A stretch of DNA of 60,124 bases from Planctomycetota bacterium (lineage in GTDB: Bacteria; Planctomycetota; UBA11346), in assembly GCA_038213805.1 (NCBI GenBank), contig JBBQSO010000028.1, positions 1-60,124 of the forward strand, given 5' to 3'. The translations under genes and the position numbers were made by a program. Positions 52,269 to 60,124 of the stretch are shown here, in pieces (position 1 is the stretch's first letter; each line of letters opens with the position of its first letter). Below the pieces are notes generated by a model that saw only the letters and a list, made by a program, of their open reading frames with translations, had not been told where the DNA came from and did not search any database.

Positions 52269-52392
52269 CACCTCTTCCAAGGCTGCTTGTGCTCGGAATT
52301 CCCGCTGACATGCTCCGCTTCCGTCCGTACCCGTGCACGCCGCCCCGTTGGCGCCTGCGCACCTTCCGATCGACCCTCCTGGAGACTGATTT

Positions 52393-52956
52393 TTGGCAAT
52401 GATGCGACGCCGGAGCCGGCTGCCCCTGCCGCTCCCTGAACAGAGTAATCGTGCCCGGATCAATGATAAGATCCGCGTTCCCTCCGTGCGCCTGATCGAT
52501 GAGAACGGCGCCCAGGTCGGGGTGGTCAACATCCAGGACGCGTTGTCGAAGGCCCTGGCCGCCGGCCTCGACCTGGTCGAGGTCGCCGCCGACGCCCGTC
52601 CGCCGGTCTGCCGCATCCAGGACTACAGCAAGTTCCTGTTCGAGCTGCAGAAGAAAGAGCGCCAGGCCAAGGCCAACGCGCACAAGGTCGACACCAAGGA
52701 GATCCGCCTGCGCCCCGGCACCGGCGACGGCGATCTCGACATCAAGGGCAAGCACGCCCGCGAGTTCCTGGAGGAGGGCCACAAGGTCGCCATCCTCCTC
52801 CAGTTCCGCGGTCGCGAGATGAGCCACAAGGAGCTCGGCCTGGAGATGATCCGCAAATTCATGACGCGCATCGAGGACATTGCGCGCATGGAGCAGGAGC
52901 CCCGCCAGGAGGGCCGGCGCATGATGGCGCTGGTCGTGCCGACGGCGAAGAAGTAG
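52393..52956 (+). CDS. infC: Translation initiation factor IF-3
   Basis: RINDKIR..VRLIDENG, LDLVEV..PPVCRI.DYSKF, KEIRLRP and FRGRE motifs. GGAG lies 8 nt before TTG 52393; in-frame ATGs at 52399 and 52402. Confidence 0.96.
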   Translation: MAMMRRRSRLPLPLPEQSNRARINDKIRVPSVRLIDENGAQVGVVNIQDALSKALAAGLDLVEVAADARPPVCRIQDYSKFLFELQKKERQAKANAHKVDTKEIRLRPGTGDGDLDIKGKHAREFLEEGHKVAILLQFRGREMSHKELGLEMIRKFMTRIEDIARMEQEPRQEGRRMMALVVPTAKK

Positions 52957-53000
52957 TCAGGGTTTCGCGCTCTGCCTGCGGGCGGAGACATGATTTCAGG

Positions 53001-53042
53001 AACCGGGAGATCGCCGTGATGGCGGTCTCCCGGTTTCGTTTT
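53001..53042 (+). terminator. Intrinsic terminator after infC
   Basis: AACCGGGAGATCGCC-gtgat-GGCGGTCTCCCGGTT stem followed by TCGTTTT. Confidence 0.75.
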
Positions 53043-53090
53043 CAAGAACCGGTGCCGGATCCGCAAGCACGGCGCTGGTCGCGTGCCGTT

Positions 53091-53176
53091 CCTGGGAACG
53101 CCGAGCCCCAGCTCGGCTCGCACGTCAAGAACCGCACGCAAAGAATCCAGCCGAGCTGGGGCTCGGCGCTCCCAGG
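53091..53176. repeat. REP/REPIN-like inverted doublet
   Basis: 28-bp arms (53091-53118 and 53149-53176) with one mismatch, each holding a GCCGAGC-4 nt-GCTCGGC hairpin; 30-bp spacer. Confidence 0.85.
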
Positions 53177-53229
53177 GGGCGGCGTTTTCCGCCTCCTGCC
53201 GCGCGCTTATCCGCGCCTCGCCCCGCCGC

Positions 53230-54051
53230 TCACCCCGCCAATTCCTTCCCGCGCTTCTCCGCGGCGACCAGCGCACGCGCGATGAGCCCGCCGAAATCGC
53301 CGTCTTCAAGTACCTTCAGGGCGGCGGCGGTGGTGCCACCGGGGCTGGTCACCTGTTCGCGCAGTTGGCGCGCGGCGAAGCCGCTCTGCAGCAGATAGTC
53401 CCACGAACCGGCGCCGGTCTGACCGACCAGCAGGACGGCCTCGTCGCGGGTGAAGCCGATCTGCTCGGCGCCGGCGACCAGGGCCTCGGCGAAGCGGAAG
53501 AAGTAGGCGGGGCCGCTGCCCGAGACGGCGGTGATCGCGTCCATGCGCGCTTCGTCGGCGAGACGCAGGACCTTGCCGCAGGGCGCGAACAGCGCTTCGG
53601 CGAGATCGAGATCGCCGGACGAGGCGTGCGCGCCGCGGCACAGCCCGACCATGCCGCGACCGATCGCCAACGGGGTGTTGGGCATGGCGCGGATGATGCG
53701 CGCGCCGGCCGGCAGCCAGGCGGCGAGCTTCGCGCTGGGCATGCCGGCGAGGATCGAGACCAACACCTGGTCGGCCTGCCAGGCGGCCGCGAGCGCGGGC
53801 ACCACCTGCGCCGCCATCTGCGGCTTGATCGCCAGCACCACCAGGCGCGCGCCGGCGACCGCCACGTGGTTGTCCGCCGTGGCCTGGCAGCCGAGGCCGG
53901 CGAGCAGCGCGCGCTTGTCCGCATCCGGCTCGGCGACCGCGATGCGCGGCGCCGCCGGCAGCTGGCGCAGGGCGCGGACCATGGCGGTGGCCATGTTGCC
54001 TCCGCCGATGAAAGCGAGGGACGGCAGGGTGGCGGTCGCGGCGTGGCTCAT
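53230..54051 (-). CDS. proC: Pyrroline-5-carboxylate reductase
   Basis: FIGGGNMA, LAIKPQ, RAMPNTP, TAVSGSGPAY and VTSPGGTT motifs. Confidence 0.96.
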   Translation of the reverse strand: MSHAATATLPSLAFIGGGNMATAMVRALRQLPAAPRIAVAEPDADKRALLAGLGCQATADNHVAVAGARLVVLAIKPQMAAQVVPALAAAWQADQVLVSILAGMPSAKLAAWLPAGARIIRAMPNTPLAIGRGMVGLCRGAHASSGDLDLAEALFAPCGKVLRLADEARMDAITAVSGSGPAYFFRFAEALVAGAEQIGFTRDEAVLLVGQTGAGSWDYLLQSGFAARQLREQVTSPGGTTAAALKVLEDGDFGGLIARALVAAEKRGKELAG

Positions 54052-54192
54052 GCGGGCTCGTTGGTCGGGTGGAGGGGGCGAGCGTGGGGAGATGGGGGGC
54101 GGGGCAAGGGGGAGACGCGGGGGCGCAAGGGGAATCGCCGCCGCCCTGGAAATCCGCGGACAACCCCTGCGGGGGCTGTTACGCTGCCACCC

Positions 54193-55530
54193 ATGACCGT
54201 TCCGCTCACCGAAGTGCAGGTCGACGGCCTGGTGGGGCCCACCCACCACTTCGGCGGTCTCAGTTCCGGCAATCTCGCCAGCCAGGCGCATGGCGGCTGG
54301 CGCAGCCGGCCGCGCGCGGCGGCGCGCCAGGGGCTGGCGAAGATGCGCGCGGTGCTGGAACTCGGCATGGTGCAGGTCGCGCTGCCGCCGTTGCCGCGGC
54401 CCGACCTCGCGCTGCTGCGCGCCTGCGGGCTGGGCGAGGATGCGCAGACCAGTCTCGCCCAGGCGGCGGCGCACGCGCCCTACCTGCTCCAGCTCGCCTC
54501 CTCCAGCGCCTTCATGTGGACGGCCAACGCGGCGACGGTGGTGCCGGGCGTCGACAGCAGCGATGGCCGCACGCACGTGGTCGCGGCCAACCTCGTCGCG
54601 ATGTCGCACCGTGCGCGCGAAGGCACGGCGCGCGCCGCGCAGCTGCGCCGGTTGTTCCGGCGCGGCGCGGTCGCCATCCACGAGCCGCTGCCGGCGCTGC
54701 CGGCACTTGGCGACGAGGGCGCGGCCAATCACACCCGCCTGTGGGCGCCGGGCGTGCCCGCGGTGCACCTGTTTGTGCACGGGCGCGTTGCTGAGATGGG
54801 CGCAAAACTCAGCGGCGAGGCGGAGGCCGATGCCATGCCCACGCGCTTCCCGGCGCGTCAGACCCTGGAGGCGAGCCAGGCGGTGGCGCGCTGCGCGCAT
54901 TTGCCCGAGGCGCGCGTGGTGCACGCGCGCCAGCACCCCGCGGCGATCGACGCCGGCGCCTTCCACAATGACGTGGTCATGGTCGGCGATGGCGACCACC
55001 TGCTGATCCACGAGCGTGCCCTGGTCGACCAGGGCCACGTCCTGCAGGAGCTGCGTCGGCGCATCCCGTCATTGGTCGTTGCCCAGGTCGGCGAGCGCGA
55101 CCTGTCCCTGTCCGAGGCGGTGCGCACCTACCTGTTCAACAGCCAGCTGCTCTCCACCCCGCACGGCCGCGTGCTGCTCGCCCCCGAGCAGGCCAGCGAG
55201 GGGCCCGCCGGCGCGATCATCCAGCGCCTGCTGCGCGAGGGCTTCCTGGCGCGGGTGGTGCACCTCGACTTGGGCGAGAGCATGGCCAACGGCGGTGGCC
55301 CCGCCTGCCTGCGCCTGCGCCTGCCGCTCGCCGCCGATGAGCTCGCCGACCTCGTTCCCGGCGTGGTCATGACTCCGGCGCGCCTGGGCGTGCTCGAGCA
55401 CTGGGTTGATCGCCACTACCGCGAGGAGCTGTCACGTGCCGATCTCGCCGACCCGCAGCTCTGGGAGGAGGGGCATAACGCGCTTGTCGACCTTGAGCGC
55501 CTGCTGGCCCTGGACGTTACCAGCTCCTGA
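54193..55530 (+). CDS. astB: N-succinylarginine dihydrolase
   Basis: DGLVGPTHHFGGLS.GNLAS, MWTANAATV, GDEGAANH, GAFHNDV, TYLFNSQL and SMANGGGPACLRLR motifs. Confidence 0.94.
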   Translation: MTVPLTEVQVDGLVGPTHHFGGLSSGNLASQAHGGWRSRPRAAARQGLAKMRAVLELGMVQVALPPLPRPDLALLRACGLGEDAQTSLAQAAAHAPYLLQLASSSAFMWTANAATVVPGVDSSDGRTHVVAANLVAMSHRAREGTARAAQLRRLFRRGAVAIHEPLPALPALGDEGAANHTRLWAPGVPAVHLFVHGRVAEMGAKLSGEAEADAMPTRFPARQTLEASQAVARCAHLPEARVVHARQHPAAIDAGAFHNDVVMVGDGDHLLIHERALVDQGHVLQELRRRIPSLVVAQVGERDLSLSEAVRTYLFNSQLLSTPHGRVLLAPEQASEGPAGAIIQRLLREGFLARVVHLDLGESMANGGGPACLRLRLPLAADELADLVPGVVMTPARLGVLEHWVDRHYREELSRADLADPQLWEEGHNALVDLERLLALDVTSS

Positions 55531-55556
55531 GTGGCATCATCGCTGCTGAAAAGGCG

Positions 55557-55586
55557 TTGCGACGAGATGCCAGGCCGGTGTATAGT
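55557..55586 (+). promoter_or_regulatory. Internal sigma70-type promoter (leaderless-type)
   Basis: TTGCGA-18 nt-TATAGT with the ATG 5 nt downstream. Confidence 0.55.
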
Positions 55587-55591
55587 GCTGC

Positions 55592-56419
55592 ATGGCCAAG
55601 GGCGCGGTACTTGAGGAGTCGTTCATCAGTGCCATCGGCCTGGGTGAGCAGCTCGTGACGCTCAGCAGGGCGATCGGCAACCAGCGCCATCCGGTTCTGG
55701 ATGAGCAGATCTTCGATCTGCATGTCGTCGAGCACCCCGAGGTCATCTACCTTGAGCGCAGCTACGTCTTCGAGCACCAGGTCTCGATCAAGCCGACGTA
55801 TGACAAGGGCACGCGCCTGCTGATCTGGTTGCAGCGCACCGTGCACCGCCATCCGACCACCAAGGCGCCGGTGCCGCTGCTGCTCGCCCGCGAGCTGTTC
55901 CTGCTCGGCGATTGGCGCGAGTTCCAGCGCTTCAAGATGTTCGTGAAGAGCATGCGCATCCTCGACGCCCAGGCGCGCGAATGGCTGACCAACCACCATC
56001 AGGAGCTGCCCGAGCTCGCCGCCACCGACGTTGGCCTGGCGCGCGTGCTCGAGCACCTCGGCCAGGTCGCCGAGTGGCCCGACCTCGACGGCGCCACCAA
56101 CCGCGCCAACGCTCTGGAGGCGGTGGCCAAGACCTTTGGCAAGGGATTGAGCGTGGTGCGCGCCAGCCCGACCCTGCCAAAGCTGCTGCTCGCCTTCCCG
56201 CCCGATGTGCGCTTCAACATCTTCCGCCTGCTCAGCTTCGTCGAGGATGAGAAGGGCGGCAGCCAGGCGCTGATCCGCTTCCTTGCCAACATCGCGGGCG
56301 CTTCGGGCGATCCCGAGCTGGTGCGCGCGACGCGCGAACTGAAGACCGCCCGCGATCTGCAGGAGGCGTTCGGGCGGGTGCGCAAGTTCCTGTTCTCGGT
56401 GCATACGTCCGCCGCATGA
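55592..56419 (+). CDS. Hypothetical soluble protein
   Basis: 275-aa ORF with normal codon usage between astB and the aldehyde dehydrogenase; no family recognised. Confidence 0.8.
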   Translation: MAKGAVLEESFISAIGLGEQLVTLSRAIGNQRHPVLDEQIFDLHVVEHPEVIYLERSYVFEHQVSIKPTYDKGTRLLIWLQRTVHRHPTTKAPVPLLLARELFLLGDWREFQRFKMFVKSMRILDAQAREWLTNHHQELPELAATDVGLARVLEHLGQVAEWPDLDGATNRANALEAVAKTFGKGLSVVRASPTLPKLLLAFPPDVRFNIFRLLSFVEDEKGGSQALIRFLANIAGASGDPELVRATRELKTARDLQEAFGRVRKFLFSVHTSAA

Positions 56420-56426
56420 TGCGGAC

Positions 56427-57797
56427 ATGGACGAACCCTTCGCCAGCAGCAGCCCCTGGGACCCGAGCGCGGTGGTGTGGAGCGGTCCGGCTGCCGGAGC
56501 CGCGCTCGTCGTCCGCGAGGTAGCTGCTGCCGCCGCCGCCTTCCCCGCCTGGGCATCCTGCGCCGACCGTACCGCGGTCCTGCGCCGGCTCGCGGCGGTG
56601 CTTGTCGAACGGCGCGGCGACCTGGTTTCGCTGCTGATCCGCGAGGCCGGCAAGTGCCGCAACGACGCCGAGAACGAGGCCGACCTGCTGCCGCGCAAGA
56701 TCGCCATCACCCTCGACCAGGCGCTGCCGCGCACGCCCGGCGTCACCGCCATCGATGACGCGTCCAGCGAACCACAAATCGCTTGGCGGCCGCGCGGCGT
56801 GGCGGCGGTGCTCGGGCCGTTCAATTTTCCACTCCACCTGCTGCACGGCCTGGTGGTGCCCGCCTTGGCGGTGGGCTGTACCGTGGTCGCGAAGCCCAGC
56901 GAACGCTGCCCCGCACTGGGCACGCTCTACCGCGACGCCATCGCCGCCGCCGGACTCGGGCAGGTGTGCCGCGTCATCCAGGGCGGCCATGCCACCGCGG
57001 CGGCGCTCATCGCGCAGCCGGCGCTGGCCGTGGTCGCCGCGGTCGGCGGCCGGGCCATGGGCCTGGCGCTGGCGCGCGCGCTCAGCCAGCGGCCCGAGGT
57101 GGTGCTGGCGCTCGAGCTGGGCGGCGTCAATCCCGCGCTGGTGCTGCCCGACGCAGAGCTGCCGGCTGCGGCTGCGGCCATCGCCGAGGGCGCGTGGCGC
57201 ATGGCCGGACAGCGCTGCACGGCGACGCGGCAGGCGCACGTCCCGCTGGCGCAGTGCGACGCGCTGCTGGGTGCGCTGCGCAGCGAGCGCGCACGCTGGC
57301 GGCCAAGCGGCGAGCCCACCGGCCCCGTCGGAACGATGATCGATCATCAGACGCGCGACCGCTTTCTGGCGACGTGGCGCGCTGCGCCGGACGGCCTGGA
57401 CCTGATCGCCGGCAGCCTCGACGCGCCCGCCGGAACGGCCGCCTGCGCCGAGCCGCTGCTGTTCCTGCTCCGCGACCCGGCGCTGCGCGCGCACCCGCTG
57501 CTGCGCGACGAGCAGTTCGGCCCGGCGCTGGTCATCGATCCCTACGCCGACCGCGGGGAATGCCTGGCGCGGCTCGCCGCCAACCCTTACCGCCTCGCCG
57601 CCGCGGTCTTCACCGCCTCACGCGCGGACTTCCTCGCCTGTGCCGTCGCCTTGCCCTACGGCTTGGTCAACCACAACCGCCAGACCGCCGGCGCGCGCTC
57701 CGACCAGCCCTTCGGCGGGCTTGGCCTGAGCGGCAACGGACGGCCCGCGGCGCTGGTCGCGAACCAGATCTTCGCCGACGAGACGGTGGTCTGGTGA
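56427..57797 (+). CDS. astD: Aldehyde dehydrogenase, probably succinylglutamate-semialdehyde dehydrogenase
   Basis: GPFNFPLHL, KPSE, LALELGGVNP, AGQRCT, EQFGP and PFGGLGLSGNGRP motifs; near astB. Confidence 0.75.
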   Translation: MDEPFASSSPWDPSAVVWSGPAAGAALVVREVAAAAAAFPAWASCADRTAVLRRLAAVLVERRGDLVSLLIREAGKCRNDAENEADLLPRKIAITLDQALPRTPGVTAIDDASSEPQIAWRPRGVAAVLGPFNFPLHLLHGLVVPALAVGCTVVAKPSERCPALGTLYRDAIAAAGLGQVCRVIQGGHATAAALIAQPALAVVAAVGGRAMGLALARALSQRPEVVLALELGGVNPALVLPDAELPAAAAAIAEGAWRMAGQRCTATRQAHVPLAQCDALLGALRSERARWRPSGEPTGPVGTMIDHQTRDRFLATWRAAPDGLDLIAGSLDAPAGTAACAEPLLFLLRDPALRAHPLLRDEQFGPALVIDPYADRGECLARLAANPYRLAAAVFTASRADFLACAVALPYGLVNHNRQTAGARSDQPFGGLGLSGNGRPAALVANQIFADETVVW

Positions 57798-57932
57798 TCC
57801 GCTGCCCGCCGTCCGCGGCGGGCGGGCGGGTGGAGAGGTGCGCGCAGCGCGCTGCGGGCGGCGCGCTGCGGCGGAGTGGATCCGCGTGCCGGTGCCACGT
57901 CCGGCGCCCGGCACGACGACCCTTGCGTCCGC

Positions 57933-58955
57933 TCATCCGCCACCCCGCACCTGCACCTGCCAATCGTCCGGACCGAGCTGGCGCACGCTGACGCGTTCGC
58001 CCAGGAAGGAGGCGATGACCGCGGCGTTGGTGGTGGTGTGGTCGCTGGGGGCGGCGGTGCGGAAGCGGCCGCCGGCCGCGATCGCCAGTGGCAGCAGCAG
58101 CTGGTCGGCGAGGTGCTCGCCGACCGGCGCCCCGGCGTCCAGATAGCGCTGCGCCTCCTTCCCGGCCTTGCGCGCGACCTCCTCGGCACGCGTGCGCAGC
58201 TCGCCGAAGCCGGTGATGACCTCGGTGACGTGGGCGTAGCGCAGGGTGATGGTCAGCACGTTGCCCGGGCCGTCGGCCTGGACCTCGTCCTCATCGCATT
58301 CCGCGTACGACCACTTCAGCTGGTGTTTGATGGCTTCGATCTCGCGGTGGGCGACGTGCGCCGGCAGGTTGGCGATCATTGCGCGCGCATGCCGGCCCAG
58401 GAACTTGCCGCGCTCATCCAGCTCCAGCGCCCACGGCGCGACCAGTGGCTGGATGACCGCGACGATGCGCCCGCCGCCCGCGGGGTAGAAGCCGTGGCGC
58501 TCCAGGCGCAGTTCGACGGTCGCGCCGATGCGCGCCAGCACCGGCAGGAAGCTGTCACGCAGGAACTCGAACGGCGGCGCCATGCTGTTGTGCGTGCCGC
58601 CCTCGATCACCACCGTCGACGGCGCGGACGCGCGCAGCAACGGTGGCAGCACGGTCTGCAGCACCAGCGAGGCGGAGCCCGCCGAGCCGATGGAGAAGTG
58701 GTACTGCCCCGCGACGACGCCCTGCGGCGAGAACGTCACCTCGCGCGACCCGAGCTCGGCGCCCTCAACCTGGGCGTTGCAGATGCGCGCCGCCGCCTGC
58801 ACGCAGGTCAGATGCTGCTTCTGCAGCCCCGGCTTCGGCCGGCGCGCACGGATGTTGACGATCCGGACCGGCGTGCCGGTGATCGCGGACAGGGACAGCG
58901 AGGTGCGCAGGATCTGGCCGCCGCCTTCGCCTTGGGAGCCGTCGATGGTGATCAT
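57933..58955 (-). CDS. rtcA: RNA 3'-terminal phosphate cyclase
   Basis: IDGSQGEGGGQILRT, GGTHN, GFYPAGGG and HLADQLL motifs. Confidence 0.96.
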   Translation of the reverse strand: MITIDGSQGEGGGQILRTSLSLSAITGTPVRIVNIRARRPKPGLQKQHLTCVQAAARICNAQVEGAELGSREVTFSPQGVVAGQYHFSIGSAGSASLVLQTVLPPLLRASAPSTVVIEGGTHNSMAPPFEFLRDSFLPVLARIGATVELRLERHGFYPAGGGRIVAVIQPLVAPWALELDERGKFLGRHARAMIANLPAHVAHREIEAIKHQLKWSYAECDEDEVQADGPGNVLTITLRYAHVTEVITGFGELRTRAEEVARKAGKEAQRYLDAGAPVGEHLADQLLLPLAIAAGGRFRTAAPSDHTTTNAAVIASFLGERVSVRQLGPDDWQVQVRGGG

Positions 58956-58972
58956 GGGGGTGTCCGATGAGA

Positions 58973-59505
58973 GATAGAACAGGAGGCGCGGAGGCGCGGA
59001 GATCGGAGGAGAAGAGTGGATGAGTGGGAGCGGATAGAGAATGAGGAGGACCAGGTGAAATGCTGGCGAGATCAGAGGGCAGGTGCACGGATGGCCAAGC
59101 GGTGGATGCCGTCGCGAAGAACCGGCGAATGGAAATTCAAGATGAGGCCGACGGATAGGCCGGCCATGCGAAGGTAGGTCAGCAATTGAGCCTTGTGGAT
59201 CCTCAGGACGACTTCGACAGCCTTTATTTCCACGATGACGCGCTTCTCAACCAGCAGGTCGAAGCGAAAACCCGGGGTGATATCGCGGCCACGGAAGCGA
59301 ACGGGGATCAGACCCTGTCGGTCATAGGACATGCCCTCATCTTCGAGCGCAATGGCCATGCATTCTTCGTATGCTGATTCCAACAGGCCCTGGCCCAGTT
59401 CGCGGTGGACCCCGATAGCCACGCCGATGACACGTTCCGTGATAAGGTTGATCTCCGCCATGCCTTCTCCTCTGATCTCCGCGTCTCCGCGCCTCCTGTT
59501 CTATC
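58973..59505. mobile_element. Putative insertion cassette: 42-bp inverted repeats enclosing a GxxExxY gene
   Basis: Arms 58973-59014 and 59464-59505 are reverse complements with two mismatches, and the interior is visibly lower in GC. Mobility is inferred, not shown. Confidence 0.6.
59072..59461 (-). CDS. GxxExxY protein (PD-(D/E)XK-like family)
   Basis: VHRELGQGLLESAYEEC, RFDLLVEKRVIVEIKAV, HKAQLLTYL and GLILNF motifs; 129 aa. Confidence 0.95.
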   Translation of the reverse strand: MAEINLITERVIGVAIGVHRELGQGLLESAYEECMAIALEDEGMSYDRQGLIPVRFRGRDITPGFRFDLLVEKRVIVEIKAVEVVLRIHKAQLLTYLRMAGLSVGLILNFHSPVLRDGIHRLAIRAPAL

Positions 59506-59525
59506 GGTTGTCAATCACCGCGGAA

Positions 59526-60124
<599 letters not shown>

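Noticed and set aside
48858..52616. 1252-aa antisense ORF and similar long shadow ORFs (e.g. 33909..36014, 45279..47258, 36044..37882)
   Set aside because: They overlap well-supported genes on the opposite strand, lack motifs, and are expected from stop-codon scarcity at this GC content.

Overview
A 60 kb window of a very high-GC bacterial chromosome. A PVC/Planctomycetota-like origin is an inference from the ECF-FecR pair, the GGCGLG-type C-terminal tail and the gene repertoire. Most of it is housekeeping and metabolism: pepP, rhamnulose-type kinase and aldolase, suhB, hisS, slyD, pgl, an RluA-family synthase, rodA/ftsW, nadE, thyA-folA-queF, rseP, ABC-F, kdsB-pyrG, mrp, yajC-secDF, infC, proC, astB/astD and rtcB-rtcA. 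It also has a sensor-less CheX/phosphorelay cluster and an ECF sigma/FecR/surface-protein unit. I could not support any rRNA, tRNA, CRISPR array or transposase. The most unusual items are: (1) a 44.2-48.0 kb locus with a protein built from about six tandem XRE-type HTH domains, a Zn-ribbon/wHTH protein with a palindromic operator, and a 276-bp element bounded by inverted octamer arrays; (2) a GxxExxY gene boxed by 42-bp inverted repeats inside the rtcB-rtcA operon, with a related gene-free inverted repeat at 30.7 kb; (3) heptamer tandem arrays placed right after stop codons; (4) a rhomboid lacking both catalytic residues; (5) a Cys-containing C-terminal sorting signal; and (6) repeated leaderless-type promoters. 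All product calls come from motif recognition by eye; no searches were run.
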